DNA of 64,000 bases from assembly GCF_006345805.1 (NCBI RefSeq), contig NC_042999.1, positions 53,444,001-53,508,000 of the forward strand, in the 5' to 3' direction. Positions 53,420 to 64,000 of the stretch are shown in pieces. The notes beneath the pieces are model-generated. The model saw nothing but the letters and a program-made list of their open reading frames with translations, had not been told where the DNA came from and ran no database searches. The stretch is from Octopus sinensis. Lineage: Eukaryota. The position numbers were made by a program, and so were the translations under genes. Each line of letters begins with the position of its first letter. Position 1 is the first letter of the stretch.

Positions 53420-54846
53420 GTATTATGTGTATGTATGTATGTGTTTGTATATGTATGTATATATATATATATACGTGTGTGTGTGTGTGTGTTTCTTTCT
53501 GTATGTATGTGTATATATTTAAAAATATATACGTATATCATCTATTATGTATGCTTATGTTCATATATATTTCATTCCGCTTGTCTGTTTATTAGTGAAT
53601 ATATCACTAAGTGTCAACATCAATGAAACCTGAAATATTTCACTAATGTTCACGCAGACATTTCGTCACTGTATTCTAAAAGAAATACGACTTCAGTCAA
53701 CTAGAGTGAGATAGCGACAGAGATGTAAATATAAGTATGTAGAATCAGGAAAATCTCATTGAATTTTAATTAAAAAGTATTTTTCTGGAATGTAAGTTAT
53801 TTATAACTCGTCTGAGCGTCAAAAGATGTCTACAGTTTTGATGTTATATAATGCTTTTCTAAATATTAACCATTTTAAAATCTTGTATTAGACTTTGATA
53901 ACAGAATAGAGTGATTGGAACGTTTCTGATCACACTAAAAATATCACATGTTCTCCTTTATATCATTTTGTTGGGTTACTGTAAAATATAATTATAGAAA
54001 AGTTCTGTCGTGAAACGCAATAAGAATTGCAGTCATGTAAATTATTCCAATGCTTTTTTATCTACGGAATGTATACGAGCATTGATTTATCTGGTAAGTA
54101 TATGCTTGGAAACATTTTCTTTCCATAAAAAATAAACACATCATTTGCGGCCCCCTTCTGCACCAATGATATTGTAGTATGAGCTATATTTCAGACACGC
54201 ACAACATGACTGAGCTGTTTTAGCAGTTCTACATTTTTAAAACACTTTAGAAAATGCAGGAAAAGTGTAGGGTTCCATTTCTCAATTATAGTATCTTAAG
54301 CAGCGAGAAATAGAACCTATATGGTATATTAGTATAAGACAATTATTCTTAAATAATTCTGTCAAATTTTAAATCTGTATATTGGCGAGTGTATGGTAAA
54401 CGAAAATTACATTTAATTTTTTATTACTAGGACTAATTATATATCAGGTTAGTCGCTGAATATTCAGAAAAACTAATAAAAATTGCAATAAATTAATTAA
54501 TGTAAATTTTATAGATTGCTTTAGACAATAAATTATATCTTCTCATATTAATAACAAAGGTCAGATTTTCTCTTGAAAAATCAAACATGAGAAAATAATA
54601 ATAGTTTATTTATAATTATATTATTTATGAGATTGGTTTTCAATCTTATCACCCAACATTATATTACTCGTCGAACACAGTGTATTTCATTGAAAGTGAA
54701 ATAGTGTGTTACACGAAATTCTACTGTTTTAATTTATTATGTCGACAGACAATATCATCACATACTTTCGTGGGATGTCATCTGTTTAACTTAAAATATA
54801 AGCGATTACTAATTCTTAGACTAGAATGTTTACCAACATTGGTACA

Positions 54847-55680
54847 TACGAGGGGGTTACTGAAACGGTTTTAAGGTTATCCTGAAAGTCATAACTTAGA
54901 CTTTGCGGATCTACCACATTTTGTAGATAAGAGAGCTTTCCGCAAAATGGTGCGGAAACAGCTGAACGTAGATCAGAGGTATATCAGAATGACGACATCA
55001 AAGGTGATCTTGGATCAATTGAAGCGGATGAAGTTGATTTTATGACTCTTTTAATCGCCATACATGAAGCTTGGCTTCATCATTATGGTCCTCAGACCAG
55101 ACAGAAATCAATGAAGTGATGCCACTGCGCTTCACCACGTTCCAAAAGCTTTCGGACCCAGAAGTCAACTGGACAGATTCTGGTTTCAGTGCTCTTGGAA
55201 AAAGACGGAGTACTCCTCATATAATGTCTGCCAAAGGATGGCACCAAAAATGCAGAATACTAGATGTCTCTGTTGGACGAACTGCGTGGAAGTTTGAAGC
55301 AAGAACGCCGTGGAAAGGTTGGCCGGGGTGCTTTTGCAGGACAATGAACCAGCACACACTGAACATGAATCTCTATTGAAAATACATGACTTTAGCTTTG
55401 AATTGGTAGACCACTCATCTAACCCTCCTGATTTGTCCCTCCCCACCCGCACGGATGTCACCCCCTTCCACCCCTGAAGAAACACCTCATGGGAAAAAGT
55501 GATCGCTGCTACAGACGCCTGGTTGGAGGACCAAGCTTCCAAGTTCTTTTTACAGGGCTTAGAAAAACTGAATGACCGCTGCAATAAGTGTGTGAATCTG
55601 AGAGGGGAATATGTTGAATAAAACTAACTGATCTTCCTGTATTTTACCCATAGCCAGGAACTTTTCAGCACGCCCTCATA
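54847..55680 (+). mobile_element. Internally deleted mariner element with TIRs
   Basis: TACGAGGGGGTTACTGAAA...TTTTCAGCACGCCCTCATA termini; HEAWLHHYGP and HSSNPPDLS (degenerate YSPDLAP). Confidence 0.8.
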
Positions 55681-56943
55681 CTAGTCATTGTTTCTAGTAT
55701 GTTCAATGAACTTTCTCATCACTAAATATTTAGGTGTTGATCGGAAAATCGCTGAATTCACACACAAAAACTAAAAAGAATTGACAAAAGGGATATGTGT
55801 TCAAACATTTTTTTTCTTATCCTTAAAACAATACGACAAATAGTCCTTGTGTAATGAGTTTCCGTCCTATATTGGGATAAAACTACTTCTAATTTCTTTG
55901 AAACGTTGTATTTAAGGAAGAACATTTAAGGAAGTAGGCTGCAAATATTTTCTATCAAATGTTTAATATTTTATAGTCTACTGATAAGAATCTATTCCAT
56001 TTACATTGTTTGGAGTATTGAACAACACAAGATGCAATCGCAGATATATATGATTGCTTTATGACAAAGAAGGCTCTTAGTATAAAAAGTATAGTTTGTC
56101 TTTTGGTAAAATCACAATTTATTTGCGTTAGTAATGTTTATGAACATTAATATCCCAGAGAAAAGTCAGATTTTGGTTACAGAGAGGTCGAAATCAGAAA
56201 CTACAGTTATAATATCTTCTGATTATGATAAACGACTATTCGGAAACACTAATCGTAGTCTGTATCCGAACGAGTCAATGAAATGCTGCAAACTATTCAT
56301 CAGCCATTCGTGTCAATTATTTCGTTATTGATTAAGTCTAAATTAGTTTTCTTTCGTCTGTCCACGCAATGTTTTAAAGGCATCGTAACCACCAAATTAC
56401 AATAAACACTAGCTATAGGAAACATATTTCCTTTTCAGGTACAATTAAGTACCGGATAACGTTAGTTTTTCTTTCTGATTTTTTATAGATATAAAATACT
56501 TGGATGTTGTCAGTTTGAATATCATTAAGGAATTTTTCGCAAAGAAATACATAGAAGAGAAATAAACATTTCTTTTTTTATATGTACGCATATTTGTCGA
56601 AAACAATTCTATTTCTGGTATATTCCATGAAGTTGAATATATCAGGTCTTCACGTAAAGTCAGTATTCTGGTCTTTAGAATGGTAAGTTTGCTAGAGTGG
56701 GCGAAAGACTGAGAAAGTTTTTCAAGTGTTTGAAGAACACAATTTGTTTGAATCTCATAAATAATTTATAGGAAGAAGGAATGTGCCACTGCAATTTTCA
56801 GTTACATTCTCATAACACAAAGAACGTATTCAACACACGAGAATTCATGGATATCTGAATGAGTCTGTGTGAGTGTATATATATATACATAAATATACAT
56901 ATATGCATATATGCATACATGTGTGAATATATGTATCTATATG

Positions 56944-56975
<32 letters not shown>

Positions 56976-57167
56976 TGTATGTGTATATATATGTATGTAT
57001 GTATATATATATATATATTTATATATTCGGATACATTTACACCTGTATGTGTATGAATACACATAAATAAATGGGTGACGAGTGTGTGTAGTAGTAAGTC
57101 TTTGGATGTCTTTAAATTTGTACGTTCACAGGCACACACAAACACATATATACATACATTCATACTC

Positions 57168-57185
57168 AGATAGATAGACAGATAT

Positions 57186-57283
<98 letters not shown>
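57168..57283. repeat. (GATA)n microsatellite (others at 31176-31243, 32366-32420, 44578-44669, 46241-46307, 51128-51198)
   Basis: Direct reading. Confidence 0.95.
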
Positions 57284-57284
<1 letters not shown>

Positions 57285-58319
57285 TTCTAATTACGTATAA
57301 AATCGGCAAATTTGACCTGAGCAAATGTTTAATAAGGTTTCAGTCAAATTTCAGTACACGTGGCTTTTCAGAGTATATAACTACGTATAGAATCGGAAAC
57401 GTCTACATAGTCGTTCGATCCACCAGAATTAATAGCTAAATCTCCTTCAGATCTAGAACCAAACATTTATTCACCGTTATGGTTACATCCTATGAAATGC
57501 TTGTAGATGGGATGGCAACAACTGGAAAAAGAAAAAAAAATAACATTTATCATAGATCTGAGCTTTCAGATCTAAGCAGCATCAAACACCACGAGATTTG
57601 TGTTGAGATAAAAATTTTGCTAATGGTTGGATGAATACGGAGTTTGGTGAATTTTATTGAATCACCAGTTTTAATTTGATGGTGGTGAAATAAAATGGTG
57701 CTTCATGCGATGTACATGCACTATATAATCAACTGAAAATTATACTTCAAGGAGAAGCTTGTTATATTTCATTATTTTCTTATTTTTGTACTCTAGACTG
57801 CGGCCATCCCGGGGCACCTCTATGAAGACGTTTTTGTCGAATGAATTGACCCTAGTACATAGTGCTACTGAACTCGGATCGGTGTGGTTGGGAAGCAAGC
57901 ATCTTATCACACAGCCACAGCGCATGCGCCTATAATCTGTTTTAGATTTTCTTCAGTGCTACCTGAAATGTGATAGTCATTGCCGTTCCAACGCTGACCA
58001 TTCCATCGTTTTATCTACCATGGACTACATTTTCTGATGCTATTCTTTTTAAGACGTTGATCTAAACGAAATTTAGCTATGTATATATACTTTATTTAAA
58101 AGCAGCAGAAATTAAACAAAACAAATAAATGAGCTCAATATAAAATATAAAATTATAAAAATCGAGGAAAAACCTTAAATCGAAGCTTTCGTTCAAATAC
58201 ATATTGCCATTAATAATGCAGAAAATATAATTAATACATAAGAATTGAAATTAAAATATTAAAATATATTAAAATATTTCACAACAGTACATACTCATAC
58301 TAACCTATTAATATACGTA

Positions 58320-58558
58320 TATACATCAACATACACAGATAGATGTGCACAGACCACATACATATACAGACATATAGGTGCAAAACGAAAATATACACAC
58401 AAATGCATGTACACATATGTATACGCATGATTTTTGCATGCGAGCAATATTGTGTATACATATGTGTACATGCATTTGTGTGTATATTTTCGTTTTGCAC
58501 TTATATATCTGTATATGTATGTGGTCTGCGCACATCTCTCTGTGTATGTTGATGCATA
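58320..58558. repeat. Long near-perfect palindrome (arms about 105-115 bp)
   Basis: TATACATCAACATACACAGA...GTATAC vs GTATAC...TCTGTGTATGTTGATGCATA; short centre at about 58438-58443. Confidence 0.9.
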
Positions 58559-60324
58559 CATATCCCAGCGCCCCAGTAATTACAGGTACAAACCTGACCT
58601 TGTAATCTATATATGTATGTATGTATGTATATACACGCAATAGAGGTGAACTGAGAAAAACTTCTTAGAATTTGAACGGGAAACTACGCTAACCACTACA
58701 TCAAATAATTTAACATCGCTGTCAGTCACAGTGATGCCCTCAAACTTTTTCGTGTTTTACCTTCATAGAAAATGTTTTCATTTCTGACAAATTTGGGTGA
58801 AATGTCATTGGCAATTAAATTACAATAGTTGAAATCTCACGTATATGAAGGTTTTTTTAGCGGTGAATAAATGTTTTGTAGGAATAATCTCCTTATACAA
58901 AGACATACGTGTACACACAGTCATCCATCCAAATGTGTGCGTGTATCTGTGTGTGTGTGTATGTACACGTGCGTATTGTGTGTATATGGTTTTATGTATA
59001 CTATGCACAACAGCCATAAAAACCAGTTCCATTTGAAAATGTGTGCACTGAGAGGAATTTATTCCTTTTCTGTCAATCGAAATATTCTCCTGTCAATTAA
59101 GCAATCCGATGTGCACCAGCAGGCATGTGTTTGTCTCCGTATAAATATCTATCCGTCGATGTTAAACAACAACCAGAATACGCAGAACCTACCTTTTCAT
59201 AGGGATTTGATGTAAGCCTGGTATATAACCTCTGAAACAAAGCTGGTGTGATAATGACGAACAATAAATCAGCGACTAATACGGTTTTATATGTCAGCGG
59301 AGTTTCAGCGAATTCGATCGATTTTTGAGACCCGAGGGTTCAACCGCCCAGTTCGTAGCTTGCGTGTTTATTTCAATAAATGTTTTTAATTGTAATAGGT
59401 TAGACATAATAAATTTGAAGAATACTAAACATAATACAATGTGTGCTCGAATGTTCCAAACAATGTGGCCTATATAGTACTCTGTACATATCTTTATTTG
59501 TCTTTAATCTGTATTCATTACGGCTATCGATTGTGGACAAAAAATCTGTCTGAAAGAATATGTTTGCTCGGGATGCAATTTACAATGCTGATATTTTCCA
59601 ACTCCACACGATTCATCTCTTCTAGATTGGCGAATTCAATATCTGTAGTAATAGTCCGGCGCTGGCATAGAAGTTGAATCTGACAATATTTAAATAATGT
59701 ACTCAAGCTTGAAAATGGATAATGAAGCACATCAGCCTCATTTTCAATAGTTGACGATCTTGTTTCAGTGTCACTCATTGAATGGGACAGCAACTCTATT
59801 GATTTTTCTGACTATATTTCTGTCCTCATCAAACACTATATCAATCTAGCATGCAAACAGAGAAATATTGCGTTCATTCATGCATAAATTATATTTCTTA
59901 ATGTAAGTCTAGCTATGCAATTACTGAAACCGACATTGGATTATCTTATACAGAACGAGATGGATGCAACTACTCTATGCTCCAAGTGTGATTGAAACGT
60001 TTCCTATTTAGTTATAAACGCCGGTACAAATGGACGAGAGAAAGAAAACGAATCAATAAACATGATTGGATGGCTTATTAGTTTTTCTATATAATCCGAC
60101 TGAAAACCATGTTTATTATAAATTTAAATAATGACTTCACTTCGTTGCATGGTTCGTATTTGTGTGCTGTTATTATGAGTTTAAAATTTTGTTATGTAGC
60201 CGGTAGATATAGAGGTGTGCAACTAGATTCAATCGACTCCCAATGATTAAACGGGTATTTATTTTATCGAGTCCTAAATGATGAAAAATAGAGTCGACGG
60301 AATTGAACACGACTTTCTAACGAT

Positions 60325-60723
60325 TCTTTTCTGCTCTAGGTATAAGCCCCGATATTTTAGCGGGAGGGGGCCAGTAGATTAGATCGGCCTCATTACGCAA
60401 ATGGTATTTAATTCATCGATCCCGAAAGGATGAAAGGCAAAGTCAACCTCGGCGGAATATGAACTCTGAACGTAAAAACAAATGAAATACATATTTCTTT
60501 AGAACCCACAAGGGGCTAAACACAGAGAGGACAAACAAGTACAGACAAACGGATTAAGTCGATTATATTGACGCAGTGCATAACTGGTACTTATTTAATC
60601 GACCCCGAAAGGATGAAAGGCAAAGTCGACCTCGGCGGAATTTGAACTCAGAACGTAACGGTAGACGAAATACCGCCAAGCATTTCGCCTGACGTGCTAG
60701 CGTTTCTGCAAGCTCGCCACCTT
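60325..60723 (-). mobile_element. SINE family A, dimeric
   Basis: Two GAAAGGATGAAAGGCAAAGTC bodies plus head. Confidence 0.85.
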
Positions 60724-60727
60724 AATC

Positions 60728-60763
<36 letters not shown>

Positions 60764-60872
60764 TAATAATAATAATAATAATAATAATGATAATAATAAT
60801 GATAATAATAATAATAATAATAATGATAATAATAATGATAATAATAATAATTATGATAATAATAATAATAAT

Positions 60873-61072
60873 CCTTTCTAATATAGGCACACGGAAAGAA
60901 ATTTTGCGGGAGGGGACTAGTCGATTTAATCGAGCCCAGTGTTTTACTGATACTTAATTTATCGACCCGAACCGATGAAAGGCAATGTCGACTTCAGATG
61001 AATTAGAACTCTGGACGTAATGCCGTTTAGCATCTTACTCGGCAGGATAACGATGCTGCTAGCTCACCGCTT
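60873..61072 (-). mobile_element. SINE family A, degenerate, next to an (AAT)n tract
   Basis: GATGAAAGGCAATGTCGACTTCAGATGAATTAGAACTC. Confidence 0.7.
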
Positions 61073-61408
61073 TCGATTTCAAATTTTGCCAAAAAGGCAG
61101 CCATCTTGTGGGAGCGGATGCTCGATTACATCAGGTGCTTCATTTTTAGACCCGAAAGGACGAAAGCAAAGTCAAACACTGCGGAATGAAGGGAATGTAG
61201 GAAAATAATTCGAGAGAATTGTAAGGAGGATAATTACGGTTATGGGGGGGTATCGACCAGGAAAGTGACCTGAATTGGGAGATTATAATACAAAATATAA
61301 CTTCTGAGTCAACATCCACAGCAACTAAGCAGGGACCTGACACGACAAACAGTCAATTGACTAAACATTCCCTACGTCAGTTAGCTTAATGGTCATATAA
61401 ATAAGTAT

Positions 61409-61545
61409 AAGGCGGCGAGTTGTCAGAAACGTTAGCACGCCGGGCGAAATACTTATCAGTATTAAGTCACAGTTGGGTACTGGGGTCGATCTAATCGACT
61501 GGCCTGCTCCCTAAAAATGTCGGCCCTTGTGCCTAGAACAGAAAA
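61409..61545 (+). mobile_element. SINE family A, internally deleted
   Basis: AAGGCGGCGAGTTGTCAGAAACGTTAGCACGCCGG head joined to tail; flanked by AATAAGTATAA repeats. Confidence 0.7.
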
Positions 61546-61899
61546 TAATAAGTATAAATCCCTAAGTTAATTAAATGATTACAAATTAATTACCTGCTAA
61601 TTATAATTATTATTACAGATGCAGGCTCATACTACAGATTGCTCCTTCATACTTAATAAGATATATATATATATAGTTATTTATTTATTTATTTATTTAT
61701 TTATTAGAGAATGAAATAGAAGATTGACATAGTTATCATGTGAATTTAGTTGAACCATATTTCGGCATCTAGCGTGCATTCCACAGGTTCAAAAATTACG
61801 TCAGTCTACTTCATTGTTTGTTTGTTGTTTTTTTTGTTTTTGTTCTTTTTTTTGTTAAGATTATATAGGACTGATATAATTCCTCAAGAAGTTATAGAG

Positions 61900-62220
61900 A
61901 AATAAAGATAGGGTAGGAAAAATTATAGAATTTTTTTTTTTTATTTTGCCAGTGGCCTAGTATGTATATAAAGTCTATAGACATATTTTTCATATAAAAT
62001 CAGTGTTCATTTAAACACAAAAATAGATGCTATAAGGAACAGTCAAAAGTCCAAACCACAGTCAAGAGCAATAGCGAAGGAAATGAAAAATAAAAAAACA
62101 TTTACCTCCCTTCGAAATTGCTCTTAACTATTGTTTGGAGTTTTGACTGTTCCTTCTAGCATCTAAGGTGACCTGTTAAGACTCACCTCATTTTGTGTTT
62201 AAACGTACGCTAATTATATA
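61900..62220. mobile_element. Structured repeat with about 230-nt fold-back
   Basis: Arms TTTAAACACAAAA/TTTTGTGTTTAAA, TAGATGCTA-AAGGAACAGTCAAAA/TTTTGACTGTTCCTT-TAGCATCTA, AAGAGCAAT/ATTGCTCTT. Confidence 0.65.
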
Positions 62221-62653
62221 TATGTACATACAGGAAATTTTGAATTTACTTCCAGGACTTGGGAATCACTGGTGTAGTGCATTACACTGGTTAAATTTAC
62301 AATGAAGTGAAGTTTTCTTTCTGTTTTTGTTTTACCGTAGGAATCTAATAAGATAATTTGTAGGTCAAAAAACAAATTCTGTATAAAATTAAGCTGTCAA
62401 GATAAGGATTAGAAAGGAAGGAGCGAAGAAATCTCAAATGTAAAAGACATCAGTAATCGGTCAAGAAGGAAAATTATTCTGGTTTAATTCAGTTAGAAAA
62501 TTAAATGGATTAACATAATACTATTATATTCTAGTGTTTTATATGGAATTTTGTTGTTTGTATAGTGAACATGTGTGACGTAGTTTCTGAAAATGTTTTG
62601 TACAAACAGGCAGATAGAAATAGCAAAATCTACTAAAACAATTCTATGTATAA

Positions 62654-63035
62654 GGCGCAGGATTGGCTGTGTGGTAAGTAGCTTGCTAACCAACCACATG
62701 TTTCCGGGTTCAGTCCCACTGCGTGGCATCTTGGGCAAGTGTCTTCTGCTATAGCGTCGGGCCGACCAAAGCCTTGTGAGTGGATTTGGTAGACGGAAAC
62801 TGAAAGAAGCCTGTCGTATATGTATGTGTGTATATATGTTTGTGTGTCTGTGTTTGTCCCTCTGGTGTCCCTCTGATGCTGGTGTGTTTACGTCCCCGTC
62901 ACTTAGCGGTTCGGCAAAAGAGACCGATAGAATAAGTACTGGGCTTACAAAGAATATGTCCCGGGGTCGCTTTGCTCGACTAATGGCAGTGCTCCAGCAT
63001 GACCGCAGCCAAATGACTGAAACAAGTAAAAGAAA
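62654..63035 (+). mobile_element. SINE family C
   Basis: Homologous to 32601-33082. Confidence 0.85.
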
Positions 63036-63291
63036 AAAGAAAAAGAAAATAATAATTATTATAATTATTATAATCTGAACAATCAGCTTTATGTAAAGCA
63101 TGATATAAAAGTGACATCTTATAAGAGTATAGCGTTGGTAACGACGAGGATTGTTACAAAAGATTTCAATTTTTTTAGCCACTAGGGCAGCTTGGGCAGG
63201 GGATTTAAGTCAATTACATCGACCCCAGTGCGTAACTGGTACTTATTTATTTGACCCCGAGAGGATGAAACGCAAAAAACAACCTCAGCGG

Positions 63292-63600
63292 AATAACGAG
63301 TGTTCCAAATGATCTGATCGACGAAACAGACTGTCATGAAATTAACGTGCAAGTGGTTGAGTACTCTACAGACAAGCGTACACTTAAGGTAATTCTCAGG
63401 GAGGTTCAGAGTGACATAGAATGTGACAAGGCTTGCCCCTTTTGAATTACAGGTACAACTCATTTTTGCCAAATGAGTGGACAGAAGCAGCGTGAAAAAA
63501 TGTGTAAGACTCAAAAATCCAACGCACCGCCGGGAATCGAAATCACGACCTTCGGATGATGATTGTGAGCCGAATACAGTAACCACTGAACCACGCACCT
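63292..63600 (-). mobile_element. tRNA-derived SINE sharing its 3' tail with 41657-42036
   Basis: Reverse complement head GGTGCGTGGTTCAGTGGTTA...TTCGATTCCCGG; tail CCTTGTCACATTCT..TCAC.CTGAA..CACGTTAATTTCA. Confidence 0.75.
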
Positions 63601-64000
63601 GTGAAGAAGACAAATTTGATTTACTGCTATGAACAATATATTTACTAAATACCGTAAAAACTACTGAGAATTCGGTCACGTCGCTAAAGAAATTGTGTAC
63701 ATTGTGAGAAAATAAAGTATATTAGAGTAATATAATCAAATAGATAAAAGCATACATTGAATTTCCGATTCAAAGCAAACCGGAAGTGAAAAGAAACGAC
63801 GGCTTCATAGAAAAATGAGTTAGATGTAAAGGAGAAAATAAAAGGAAATGTCAATGGATATTAATCTACTGTTACACAAGTTACGCTCACTCTTAACAAA
63901 ACTATAAGGAAAATATAAAAGTAGAAAACTAGAAAGTCCGAATCCGTTCCAGTTGGTGCAAGTGCACCACTACAGAAAGTGTAATTTTTTTTAGTGTAAA

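Noticed and set aside
59450-59860. Possible piggyBac-like fragment (RTITTD)
   Set aside because: Single short motif, no TIRs or further support
62493-63182. Longest ORF (229 aa)
   Set aside because: Antisense read-through of SINE family C and low-complexity sequence

Overview
AT-rich eukaryotic non-coding DNA, dense in microsatellites and decayed transposons. The SINE families and microsatellite spectrum look like an octopod cephalopod (Octopus-like); this is recognition, not a database result. I found no convincing host exon, and most ORF-track entries are microsatellite or SINE artefacts. The ordinary content is tRNA-derived SINEs of at least 3 families, decayed LINEs (CR1-like, R4/Dong-like, RTE, possibly L1/Tx1), Tc1/mariner fragments and Helitron pieces. 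The main signal is a set of non-coding, structured repeats with units of about 260-590 nt, each carrying a type I hammerhead ribozyme (HHR). The best case is a 3.4-kb array at 37301-40668: about 4.8 head-to-tail 585-587 bp units plus one inverted unit, with six intact HHRs. At least five other, mostly unrelated, HHR-bearing families occur near 11.8, 13.1, 21.5/51.6, 25.1 and 30.3 kb, plus a degenerate one at 12.7 kb. Recurring traits are terminal redundancy or circular permutation, a 5' inverted piece, an end abutting (TA)n and a short subterminal motif. Together these point to a diversified retrozyme / non-autonomous Penelope-like system that may produce circular RNAs. All RNA folds were read by eye and need computational and biochemical confirmation.
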